From positions 169,330 to 233,329 of IMG/VR virus record IMGVR_UViG_3300031555_003626: a DNA stretch of 64,000 nucleotides; one strand, given 5' to 3'. The stretch comes from a virus. Taxonomy: Duplodnaviria; Caudoviricetes. Shown one piece after another: positions 9,115 to 17,634 of this stretch; position 1 is the first letter of the stretch; each line of letters begins with the position of its first letter. The notes under the pieces were generated by a model. That model was not told the DNA's origin and did not search any database. It saw nothing but the letters and a program-made list of their open reading frames with translations. The translations under genes and the position numbers were made by a program.

Positions 9115-11157
9115 ATGTCTTATAAATTAAAACACACAGCAGAGGCTATTGACGATAAGCTAAGCTTAATTAATAAAAATAAAAATCTTTTGCCTTATCC
9201 TTACGAAGAAGAGCCTGGTGGGGTTGGCCTTATTGATGTAGGTGATGGCTCGTTTCTAACAAATACAGATTTTCCGGAAGCAGGCTATGAATTTTTACTT
9301 CATACTGTTGTACTACCTGGAGGTAGAAAATATAAAATTAGCCTCGATATTGCAGATTTTATAGACGAATATGCTATGACAGTGAATCCAGGTTTCTCAC
9401 TAATAGTTAGAAATAAGTCAGGTGCAGACCTTGACTTAAATAATGAGGTACTTGACCTTAGTGCTGAAACAGAAGAGACATCTATTAGTGTATTTCTATA
9501 TGTCCCAGCGGGCGCTAGAGCTAATTTAATAGTTAAACCTCAAATAGAAGAGGGCGAAGAGCAGACGGCTTGGGTACCCTACATGAAAGATATAGCTAAT
9601 TATGTGGATGAGCGTTTTAATAGCACCAATGTTAAAATTAAAGCTATTGCTGAAGCTGTTGCTAATAATGCCGGCAGTAGCGAGTATACCGGCCCTGAAA
9701 ACATAGAAGACGGTACTACTACTGGAATTCAGCAAATTCAAGATCAAGAATCTGGAGTTACTGCAGGTTACTTTAACTTTACTAATAAAAACCAACAAGC
9801 AACTAAGCATGATAATAGCTTGACTGGCGAAATTGAATATGGTGCCACAGGTGAGTTCGCAGTAGCATTTGGAGGTAAATCTGCGGCAATTGGAAAACGT
9901 TCTATGGCTGTAGGAACAACCACTATAGCTAAAGGAAAATATTCATTTGCTTGTGGTGATAATAGCGTTACTTTAGGTAATGACTCTTTTGCAGCTAACT
10001 ATCAAACAACTGCCAAGGGTCAAGCTTCAGCTGCTTTTGGTTCTGGTACAATTTCTGAAGGAAGTGCTTCCGTTGCTATGGGTAAGGAAACTCATGCTAA
10101 AGGAGAATATTCGTTCGCTACAGGATATCAGTCTAAGTCTAACAGTCAGTCTTCAGCGGCTATAGGCGCTGGAGCTGTTACTTCGTCTGAAATCAACGGT
10201 CAGGTCGTTGTGGGTAGATACAACAGATACGATACACCTGCAAGCTCTCAATCTGTGTTTATTGTTGGTTCTGGTGGGAGCGATACTGCACGTGAAACTG
10301 CAATGTCAATCGATATTTACGGAGATATGTGGAAGGGCTCAAACCCAAGTGCGCTAGATCGCTACATAACTGCAGGAGAAGCATTTAGACTTCCTGAATC
10401 GGTTAGTGATAAAGCAGACGGTACTTATATTCCTTGTTATGGGGTCACTAGCGGTAAGATGACTTCGGGCAAAGAATCACCAAATTCTTTACAGTTAGCG
10501 ACGAGTTGGGCTAAAGGAAACACCCTAGTAGGTAGAGATGAAAACGGTGCGATTAATATAGGAACACCTACAGCCCCCGGTCATGCAGCTACTAAGCAGT
10601 ATGTTGATAACTCTCATATAGCTAAGATAAAAGAAACGCTGACTCAGTTATTTGACCGTGATGAATTTTATGAAGTGCAGTCTACCGGTACTATAACAGT
10701 TAGATTAACTTGTAACTCACAGGAGTCTTTCGGCAGTGATACGTGGCTTGATTGCAATCATGACCTAGAGGTGTTTTTTGATGGAGATGCAAATAAAACA
10801 ACGCTTCCACTACCTAAAGGTACTTTGATAAGCATAACAGGAAAATCGGAGACGGGTGATGCACACTATCTTTTAAATAATAGTACAGTAACTGTTTATT
10901 TAGAAGACTCTGATTATTCCGGAGATGGTGGGCCAGGCCATCTAATTGGGTTTGATGCTTTTACACCAAATAGCTCTGAGACTATAAATAAAACTTACCG
11001 TGACGCGACAAGTGACCACGTTTTATATGCGGATACAGGCGAGTCCTCAATGGTTTGGGACAGCACATGTTTTGAAACCACTGAGGAAAGTCAAGAAGTT
11101 ACTTTAACCTACACGCTTGCGAAAAATAAATATCTTGAGGCATTAGAAACTTTATAA
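9115..11157 (+). CDS. Tail fibre/adhesin with YadA-like head repeats (paralogue of 1743..3044)
   Basis: Shares 'YGATG.A.AFGGKS.A.GKRSMAVGTTTIAKG.YSFA.GDNSV.LGNDS' block with 1743 ORF; 'HAATKQYVD'. Confidence 0.7.
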   Translation: MSYKLKHTAEAIDDKLSLINKNKNLLPYPYEEEPGGVGLIDVGDGSFLTNTDFPEAGYEFLLHTVVLPGGRKYKISLDIADFIDEYAMTVNPGFSLIVRNKSGADLDLNNEVLDLSAETEETSISVFLYVPAGARANLIVKPQIEEGEEQTAWVPYMKDIANYVDERFNSTNVKIKAIAEAVANNAGSSEYTGPENIEDGTTTGIQQIQDQESGVTAGYFNFTNKNQQATKHDNSLTGEIEYGATGEFAVAFGGKSAAIGKRSMAVGTTTIAKGKYSFACGDNSVTLGNDSFAANYQTTAKGQASAAFGSGTISEGSASVAMGKETHAKGEYSFATGYQSKSNSQSSAAIGAGAVTSSEINGQVVVGRYNRYDTPASSQSVFIVGSGGSDTARETAMSIDIYGDMWKGSNPSALDRYITAGEAFRLPESVSDKADGTYIPCYGVTSGKMTSGKESPNSLQLATSWAKGNTLVGRDENGAINIGTPTAPGHAATKQYVDNSHIAKIKETLTQLFDRDEFYEVQSTGTITVRLTCNSQESFGSDTWLDCNHDLEVFFDGDANKTTLPLPKGTLISITGKSETGDAHYLLNNSTVTVYLEDSDYSGDGGPGHLIGFDAFTPNSSETINKTYRDATSDHVLYADTGESSMVWDSTCFETTEESQEVTLTYTLAKNKYLEALETL

Positions 11158-11293
11158 TTAAATAAACTAAAGCTTAGATTTATTTCCAGTCTAAGCTTTA
11201 TTTTTATCTGCTAAATTATTAGAGATAAATGCAGTTAAATTCAGAAAAAGAGTTTAACTTAGAAAAAATATAAAGAAGGGAATTTTATATAAT

Positions 11294-12244
11294 ATGTCAA
11301 TTAAACTAGATAAAAGTATTAGCATAGATGGTACGCTCTATGATGTAACAGCTGTAGAGGCTGATAAAGCAGTAGAGGCTGATAAAGTTGTTAATAAATT
11401 AACTATAAATGCACCTGGAAAAGATCCCGAGTACTTTGATGGTAGTGCAAACAAAGAGATAACAATACCTGCTGTTACTTATAGTAATAGTGCAAAAACA
11501 ATTAATGCTTTAGGCGGAATTGGCCCGAATACCTCATTTGACAATGAGCCTATTACAAAGGTACTTGATATGCTTTTGTACCCTTATGTTGCCCCTGTTA
11601 TTGGAGATACGAGTTCTTCGCCACACAATGGTGGTGTATTCGAAAATGGAAGCGTTCAAAAAATTGCGTCTGTTACTACTTCTATTGTAAAGAAATCAGA
11701 AAGTATTTCTAAAATAGAGCTATTTCACGGAAATACACTGCTAGGAACGCGTGAGGATCTTCCAGATGGTGGCAATATTAAGTTCGAAGTCCTAGATCTA
11801 GGTGTAGAAATCGATAACGATAAAGATACTCCAAAATATCTTACAATTAAAGTAACAGACAGTAAGGGTAACTCTGTTACAGAAAACACTGGCACTTTTA
11901 GTTTTGTTTATCCTTATTATTATGGCGCAGTTGAGGCTAACACTACAATTTCTGAAATTTCTGAAGATGTTGTAAAAGGTCTTTATTGTAGCATTCATGA
12001 TAGAGTTAATAGAACTGTGCCATTTACGCTTAATAATCAAAAAGTAGTTTTTGCCTATCCAAAAATTTATGGTACATTACACTCTATTATAAATCAAAAT
12101 AACTATGAGGTTATTACTACTTTTACACGTAAAGAGCTTTACATAACAGGCTTGGATAAAACAGCACATCCTTATTATGTATATGTTTCAAATGGAGCTT
12201 CAACAGTCTCTAATTTTAAGTATACTTTTAACTATTTAAAGTAA
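11294..12244 (+). CDS. Hypothetical virion protein (Ig/beta-rich)
   Basis: 'LDMLLYPYVAP', 'FVYPYYYG', 'FAYPK.YG.L..I' motifs common in phage structural proteins. Confidence 0.5.
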   Translation: MSIKLDKSISIDGTLYDVTAVEADKAVEADKVVNKLTINAPGKDPEYFDGSANKEITIPAVTYSNSAKTINALGGIGPNTSFDNEPITKVLDMLLYPYVAPVIGDTSSSPHNGGVFENGSVQKIASVTTSIVKKSESISKIELFHGNTLLGTREDLPDGGNIKFEVLDLGVEIDNDKDTPKYLTIKVTDSKGNSVTENTGTFSFVYPYYYGAVEANTTISEISEDVVKGLYCSIHDRVNRTVPFTLNNQKVVFAYPKIYGTLHSIINQNNYEVITTFTRKELYITGLDKTAHPYYVYVSNGASTVSNFKYTFNYLK

Positions 12245-12256
12245 AGGAGTTAAATA

Positions 12257-12640
12257 ATGGCAATATTTGATAAAATTTCTGGTATTCCTGCTGATAATGG
12301 TTTTAAGTATCAGGCAGAAGCTCCGCTTGATGCTCGTTTAGTAGTAGACTACTACAGCGAATTAGCTGAACTTGCTGAGGGACACGGTGCTTACATCGGT
12401 ATGTTAGTTTATGTAAAAAGTGAGACGACTACGGCAGGTGGTATCACTTTTCCTAAAGGTTATTATTTTTATGATGGTGTCATTTGGGCTGAATTTAAAG
12501 GAGCTGGCACTTCTAATGCAGAGGGTGCTGATAAAGTGCGAGTAACTTTGGATGATGGTAGTAAACCATATGCTACTATCACAATTAGTGCAGAGGAGCC
12601 TGATGGCGGCAACATTGGAGATATTTGGTTTAAATACTAA
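12257..12640 (+). CDS. Hypothetical tail-associated protein
   Basis: 'PLDAR', 'AYIGMLVYV', C-terminal 'GDIWFK'. Confidence 0.5.
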   Translation: MAIFDKISGIPADNGFKYQAEAPLDARLVVDYYSELAELAEGHGAYIGMLVYVKSETTTAGGITFPKGYYFYDGVIWAEFKGAGTSNAEGADKVRVTLDDGSKPYATITISAEEPDGGNIGDIWFKY

Positions 12641-12669
12641 TTAGCCAAATAACACTAAAGGAGTTTAAA

Positions 12670-13044
12670 ATGGCTAAAAATATTATTAAACTTAACAGAG
12701 GTGACTCATTTGAATTTAAAGTGAGTATTCCAGATAAAGAAAATACTAATAAAAATTATATTTTAACTAATTTTGATGTTGTTTATTTTGCCTTGTTATA
12801 TCCATATCAGCCATTTGCCGACGCATTTATGGTTAAAGGCTACACTATAGAAGACCAAAATAAAGAAACCGGCGAAATAGTTATAAAGTTAGTACCAAAT
12901 GATACTAGATGTCTTGCTCCAGGTATTTATTATTACACTGTTAAACTGCAAAGAGGCGGCACCTTGGAAGTTATAAATGACTTTGATGAGCCTGACGAAG
13001 TTAGAACAATAATTGATAGAACAAAATTTATTGTAAACGATTAA
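12670..13044 (+). CDS. BppU-N-like tail/baseplate protein
   Basis: 'IKLNRGDS', 'L.P.DT..L..G.YYY.V.L' pattern. Confidence 0.5.
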   Translation: MAKNIIKLNRGDSFEFKVSIPDKENTNKNYILTNFDVVYFALLYPYQPFADAFMVKGYTIEDQNKETGEIVIKLVPNDTRCLAPGIYYYTVKLQRGGTLEVINDFDEPDEVRTIIDRTKFIVND

Positions 13045-13245
13045 ATTTCAAAACTTTTTATCGTATATATTAATATATTAATTAATAATGTATATAATAT
13101 TATAATAATATATTAAGTATATTATATATTTATTTAAGAACGTAAGTTAATTTCTTACGTTCTTTTTATTTTATAGTAAAATATTACAAATCATGCTGTA
13201 TTATATATGTAGTAAATAAAAAAAATTATTTTAGGAGAATTTAAA

Positions 13246-13617
13246 ATGAGAAACTACGAGACAAAGATTTATGATTACATTGATAAGAAGACAGGAGCAC
13301 ATGTAGTAAAAGCTACTACGATTTATGCAGGCCAAATGGTAAGTGCTTGCTCAAAGTGTGACCCTAATGATACTTTTAATCTCGATTTTGGTACCGCAGT
13401 AGCTCTTAAGCGTCTCGACCTTAAGATAGCTAATAAGCGAGCAGCAAGCATGAGAAATTACGCAAAATTCTGTAAAATGAACCTTGACTTCATTGAAATT
13501 GAAAAGCGTCGTGTTAAGAAGTCTATGGAGAGGGCCGAAATTGCTGTTCTTGATCGCAGAGTTGAGATTAAGGCTTTTGAAAAAGAGCTCGCAGAACTTA
13601 TTGCAACTACAAAATAA
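13246..13617 (+). CDS. Hypothetical phage protein
   Basis: 'KCDPNDTF..DFG..AL.R' motif seen in phage proteins; promoter and RBS upstream. Confidence 0.55.
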   Translation: MRNYETKIYDYIDKKTGAHVVKATTIYAGQMVSACSKCDPNDTFNLDFGTAVALKRLDLKIANKRAASMRNYAKFCKMNLDFIEIEKRRVKKSMERAEIAVLDRRVEIKAFEKELAELIATTK

Positions 13618-13656
13618 GAAATTTCCTACATATTTATTATATAAGGAGCTATACAG

Positions 13657-14085
13657 ATGATTTTACGAATTACTGTCGGCGACAATGACTTTACAGAAGA
13701 GCTTGAACAATTTGCTGAAGACCCCGAAGGTAGTGCTTATCTTTTAAAGGTAGCTAAGCTTGAAAATACTTCTTTAACTCAAGATGAAAAGCTTGCACTT
13801 TTTAAACGCAAGGAACGCTTTAGAGAACTATTTTATAATACAGAAAAATATACTCCTGAGCTTTCTGCTGAACTTTGTGAAATGGTTAAACAGAATTGGG
13901 AGGATTTTGTAAATCATATTATGCGCGACCACGACTACTGGAATGAAGATGATAAAATAAGACTTAGAGAATATCTTATCAGAGACTTTAAAGTAAAGTT
14001 TCAAAAGAGCCTTACACCTAAGTGGGAAAATGGTGAAGTAGTTTACATTTGTTGCGGCTATTATAATAAACACTGGACATTTTAA
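13657..14085 (+). CDS. Hypothetical protein
   Basis: AGGAG RBS, operon context. Confidence 0.5.
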   Translation: MILRITVGDNDFTEELEQFAEDPEGSAYLLKVAKLENTSLTQDEKLALFKRKERFRELFYNTEKYTPELSAELCEMVKQNWEDFVNHIMRDHDYWNEDDKIRLREYLIRDFKVKFQKSLTPKWENGEVVYICCGYYNKHWTF

Positions 14086-14107
14086 AATTACATAGGAGGA
14101 ACTTAAT

Positions 14108-14365
14108 ATGACTTTTTTGGCAATTATTCAAATTATTTATTTAGCAATTAACCTTTTTGGCTTAGGAGTAAGCATTTACTTTATTTGTGGTACGACCGAT
14201 GATTTTCCTATTGTATCTAAATTGTTTAGTTTTATTGCAAGGCACTTTGGAAAAGTAGCCTTTATTATTACAGGTATTTTACTCACTATCTTGTTTTTGC
14301 CTACTATTGCTCTTACAGCTGCCTTTATTACTTTCATGTGGCTTTGGGGCACATATTGGGATTAA
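14108..14365 (+). CDS. Small membrane protein (2 TM)
   Basis: Two hydrophobic segments; AGGAGG RBS. Confidence 0.55.
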   Translation: MTFLAIIQIIYLAINLFGLGVSIYFICGTTDDFPIVSKLFSFIARHFGKVAFIITGILLTILFLPTIALTAAFITFMWLWGTYWD

Positions 14366-14377
14366 GGAGTACTTATT

Positions 14378-14674
14378 ATGTTAGATACATTATTAGTATT
14401 TTGGATATTCTTTAACGTAATATCTACAGTAGCAATAGAAGTTGTGTGCTTTTCAAGTGCTGAACATTTTGACAAGATTGATATTCTTTTATACCCCCTA
14501 TTAATAAGGACTCTACGAGCAAAGCTAAATATTGTTGGAACCGTTATAGTTACAATATTAGTTTCCATTCTTTGTTGTCTGGCGATTATTGCTTATTTTG
14601 TACTTTTAGCCCTCTTTGCTTTAAGCGGCTTACTAGTAAAATGTTTTCTTTGTATTTTTAAGAGAAAAGATTAA
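14378..14674 (+). CDS. Small membrane protein
   Basis: Hydrophobic segments; RBS; similar layout to preceding ORF. Confidence 0.55.
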   Translation: MLDTLLVFWIFFNVISTVAIEVVCFSSAEHFDKIDILLYPLLIRTLRAKLNIVGTVIVTILVSILCCLAIIAYFVLLALFALSGLLVKCFLCIFKRKD

Positions 14675-14700
14675 ATAATGTTAAATATAAGGAGTAAATT

Positions 14701-14964
14701 ATGAATAACGATACAACACTTAGTAGCTTTCTTGAAGATAGACTTTCTTATGAGCTGCCTGAAGACGATGATTTCAATATTGCAGGCCTGGCTGAAGACC
14801 TTGCTTATAGTCTTAAAATTAATGGTTATTGTTCTGACCCTTATTTTGAATATGCTAAGGCTCTTATATGTCCTATCAATAAGAAACGCAAAAAATATTG
14901 TGGTTGTACCACTTGTGAAAGTCATGAGTTTTGTTTAATGCTACGTAAGGAAGGTTACGTATAA
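14701..14964 (+). CDS. Hypothetical Cys-rich protein
   Basis: RBS; C-terminal Cys cluster. Confidence 0.5.
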   Translation: MNNDTTLSSFLEDRLSYELPEDDDFNIAGLAEDLAYSLKINGYCSDPYFEYAKALICPINKKRKKYCGCTTCESHEFCLMLRKEGYV

Positions 14965-15404
14965 TGGAAAGAATTGAGATTCCTGCAGAAGTTTATTTTA
15001 AAGCCTTTGACGGTAAGAAATTTTATAGTGAGACAGAGTGCCACAGATATGAGTTTCTTTCTGACAAATATATGAATAAGGAACGTCACGCTGTCTGTGA
15101 AGATGGTGAAGGCCATTTGCATAATTTTTTCTTTGCTTGTGATAAGTATGATATTATAGAAATTTGCGAGCTTAGTAAATATGTACTTGGTTATCGTCCA
15201 CAATATGTTGAAGCTGCTCCAAAGTGGGAAAATTTTGAATATGGTTGGCTTTGGGTAGCTTACGATTTTGACGAGTACGGACCTGCACCTGCTCTTGGCA
15301 CTGTTTCTGACTTTATTGAGATTCAGGAAGACTGTGCTAGGTCATATAATGATGCGGTTCAAATAGCAAAACAAATTGAAATTCTACCAGGGCCGAGGAG
15401 CTAA
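14964..15404 (+). CDS. Hypothetical protein
   Basis: Coupled start; 'F.AFDGK.F..E.EC..YE' phage motif. Confidence 0.5.
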   Translation: MERIEIPAEVYFKAFDGKKFYSETECHRYEFLSDKYMNKERHAVCEDGEGHLHNFFFACDKYDIIEICELSKYVLGYRPQYVEAAPKWENFEYGWLWVAYDFDEYGPAPALGTVSDFIEIQEDCARSYNDAVQIAKQIEILPGPRS

Positions 15405-15406
15405 TT

Positions 15407-15916
15407 ATGCTTAGATTTTTTAAAGACTTAAAAGTTTATTTTACTGATAGACCTAGATACGAGCAGTGGAAACGATATAAAAAGCTTCAGAAAGAGTATC
15501 GTAAAAAGCTGATAAAGCAGGCAAAAGAATTTTGTCCGTGGTCTGGTTGGTACATGAATGAAATGGTAAAAACGATGCTTGAGTTTTATAATAAGACTTA
15601 TACTGCTGGTGATTGTTGCTGGAGTGAGAAGTGTCGAGTACAGAAAATTGCTAACCAAACTAAGAAAGCTTTGCAGGCAGCAACTAACCTTGATACTTAT
15701 GAAGATTTAGGTACTGACGAGCTTATAGCACTCGCGGAAAAGGAACCTGGTTTTACAAAGTATCTTGAGAAGTGGGAAAAGAAATCAGGCCTTAAAGTCA
15801 ATAAAGATGAGAGAAAGTATCTTTTATATGGAGTAGCTTGTGCTTATTACGAGAAAAAATACACAACTGCATTGTATGATATTATAGGAAAACATATTTG
15901 GGAGTGGTGTGACTAA
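15407..15916 (+). CDS. Hypothetical protein
   Basis: Operon context; ends 'HIWEWCD'. Confidence 0.5.
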   Translation: MLRFFKDLKVYFTDRPRYEQWKRYKKLQKEYRKKLIKQAKEFCPWSGWYMNEMVKTMLEFYNKTYTAGDCCWSEKCRVQKIANQTKKALQAATNLDTYEDLGTDELIALAEKEPGFTKYLEKWEKKSGLKVNKDERKYLLYGVACAYYEKKYTTALYDIIGKHIWEWCD

Positions 15917-16251
15917 TGAATTTTAAACCTGAAAAAATACCCGTTACTTTCTCGCAGCTTTTAGAGATATGTAATTATCAGCAGCATATTATGGAAAAAT
16001 ATAAAGAGTTTATTGAGCAGAATATTGTTAATAAAATTTTAGAGACGGATTTTGACGACTCTTGGACTCCCATCGGGCGCGCTAGTTTTAAGCGTATAAC
16101 AATTCCACAGTCAACTTTTATGTTACAGTGCGATCCTTCTACTCTTAAAGCTTGGAAGTGGCTGCAATATGAGAGACCTGCCTTTGACTCCGACTATTAT
16201 GTTAGAGCTGCTTTTGTTGAAGAAGGAGAAAATGATGCTAAAGCCAATTAA
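15916..16251 (+). CDS. Hypothetical protein
   Basis: Coupled start (TAATG). Confidence 0.45.
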   Translation: MNFKPEKIPVTFSQLLEICNYQQHIMEKYKEFIEQNIVNKILETDFDDSWTPIGRASFKRITIPQSTFMLQCDPSTLKAWKWLQYERPAFDSDYYVRAAFVEEGENDAKAN

Positions 16252-16444
16252 AACTTTTTATGTTGTAGGTGCACCGAATTATAATGAGTATGCAGAAGCT
16301 CGTGATATTGCGAGAGACGAAAATTGTGTAGTAGAGCTTCGTTGGTGTCCTAATATTTGGACTGGCTGGTATCATGAATATGTATTTGAGGATAGTGACC
16401 CTGCAGAGCTTGATGCAAAAACACCTAGAGTTTACGGAGTTTAA
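16232..16444 (+). CDS. Hypothetical protein
   Basis: Start moved to ATG 16232 after AAGGAG RBS (in frame with 16169 ORF). Confidence 0.45.
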   Translation: MMLKPIKTFYVVGAPNYNEYAEARDIARDENCVVELRWCPNIWTGWYHEYVFEDSDPAELDAKTPRVYGV

Positions 16445-16456
16445 GGAGATTTAAAA

Positions 16457-17383
16457 ATGGCTAAGTTGATTATTTTATGTGGGCTTCCTGGAAGTGGAAA
16501 GAGCTATTATGCTGCCCAGCTATGGCGAAGAGAAAACACCTTTGATGAGCCTACTGCAGTAGTACACTCTTCAGATGCTATAAGAAAAGAACTTTTCGGC
16601 GATGCAGGCTCGCAGGAAAATAATGCTCTTGTATTTGAGACTATGCATAAGAGAGTAAAGGACGACCTTAGAGCAGGTAAGACTGTAATTTATGATGCAA
16701 CTAATATTACTCGAAAGTCTCGTCGTGGAATAATCAATATGACTACTAAAGACGATATTGTTGAGTGCCATATTGTTTGGGCGCCTGTTGATACTTGTAT
16801 TAAGCGAGATGCCAAGCGCGAGCGCCACGTAGGTAGAGAAGTAATTGATAAGATGATTCGTCGTTGGCAGAGCCCACATAAGTCTGAAGGTTTTACTTGT
16901 ATCGATGTTATCTGCTCAGACCCTAACTTTGATCAGACTAAGTACGTAGCAATGCAGGCTGACCAAATGCATATACCCCATGACAACCCCCATCACACTC
17001 TTGGTGTTTGGGATCATTGTATGCAGGCTTATTACTATCTTTGCCAGCAGCCTAATATCAATGATGACCTGAAGACTGCTACAATGTGGCATGATATCGG
17101 AAAGCCTTATACTAAATCGTGGCATATCGATAAAGTAAACGGAGCAGTAGATTATTCACACGCTCATTATTATGATCATCATTGTGTTGGCGGCTATCTT
17201 GCTTACGGACTTTTCTTACATAAGGATTTTGATGAGGAAGATGTAGACTTTATGTGTTGGGTGAGCTGGCTTATCTGCAATCACATGGAGCCTTTCTTTA
17301 ACTCTCATTGGTATAGAGAACTTCCTGAGCACTTGAAGCAGCCTATTGATATATTGCATGCCGCTGACGTTTCTGCACATTAA
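16457..17383 (+). CDS. Polynucleotide kinase (AAA_33 P-loop) fused to HD phosphohydrolase; probable RNA end-healing enzyme
   Basis: Walker A 'GLPGSGKS', 'SSDAIRKEL', 'DATN', then 'HH...H', 'HDIGKP', 'HY..H', 'H.AD..AH' HD motifs. Confidence 0.8.
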   Translation: MAKLIILCGLPGSGKSYYAAQLWRRENTFDEPTAVVHSSDAIRKELFGDAGSQENNALVFETMHKRVKDDLRAGKTVIYDATNITRKSRRGIINMTTKDDIVECHIVWAPVDTCIKRDAKRERHVGREVIDKMIRRWQSPHKSEGFTCIDVICSDPNFDQTKYVAMQADQMHIPHDNPHHTLGVWDHCMQAYYYLCQQPNINDDLKTATMWHDIGKPYTKSWHIDKVNGAVDYSHAHYYDHHCVGGYLAYGLFLHKDFDEEDVDFMCWVSWLICNHMEPFFNSHWYRELPEHLKQPIDILHAADVSAH

Positions 17384-17434
17384 CATAAATTTTAATAAAA
17401 TAACATTATAATGTTAAAATTACAAAAATAATAT

Positions 17435-17447
17435 TGTATAATATAAT
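17435..17447 (+). promoter_or_regulatory. Extended -10-type promoter (Y)GTATAATATAAT, representative copy
   Basis: Recurs upstream of early/replication genes and RNAs (e.g. ~13197, 19701, 19867, 21993, 24118, 26866, 38652, 43566, 44005, 46931, 54015, 57590, 58659). Confidence 0.65.
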
Positions 17448-17475
17448 GTGAGTGCAGAGCGCAGCATTCACAAAT

Positions 17476-17533
17476 AGAGCCTATACTTATTTCTAACATA
17501 AATTTTGGGAATTTAAAAGTTGACAGTTAGGCC
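17476..17533 (+). ncRNA. Y-RNA-like family member 1 (short AU-rich loop)
   Basis: AGAGCCTA-T-ACTTATTTCT...AGTTAGGC; terminal stem GCCUA-(U)-ACU/AGU-UAGGC; promoter TGTATAATATAAT at 17435. Confidence 0.65.
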
Positions 17534-17634
17534 AAAATTGAGATACTACTTTATTATAAGGCGGTGGCTTATTTTGGTTTAGATCAAAAAGCTACCGTTA
17601 TTTTATTTTGATTTTATTTAAAAGGAGATACATT

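Noticed and set aside
13045-13140. Extremely AT-rich TATA-repeat stretch as replication origin
   Set aside because: It is low complexity at a module boundary next to a terminator and promoter; nothing specific supports an origin.
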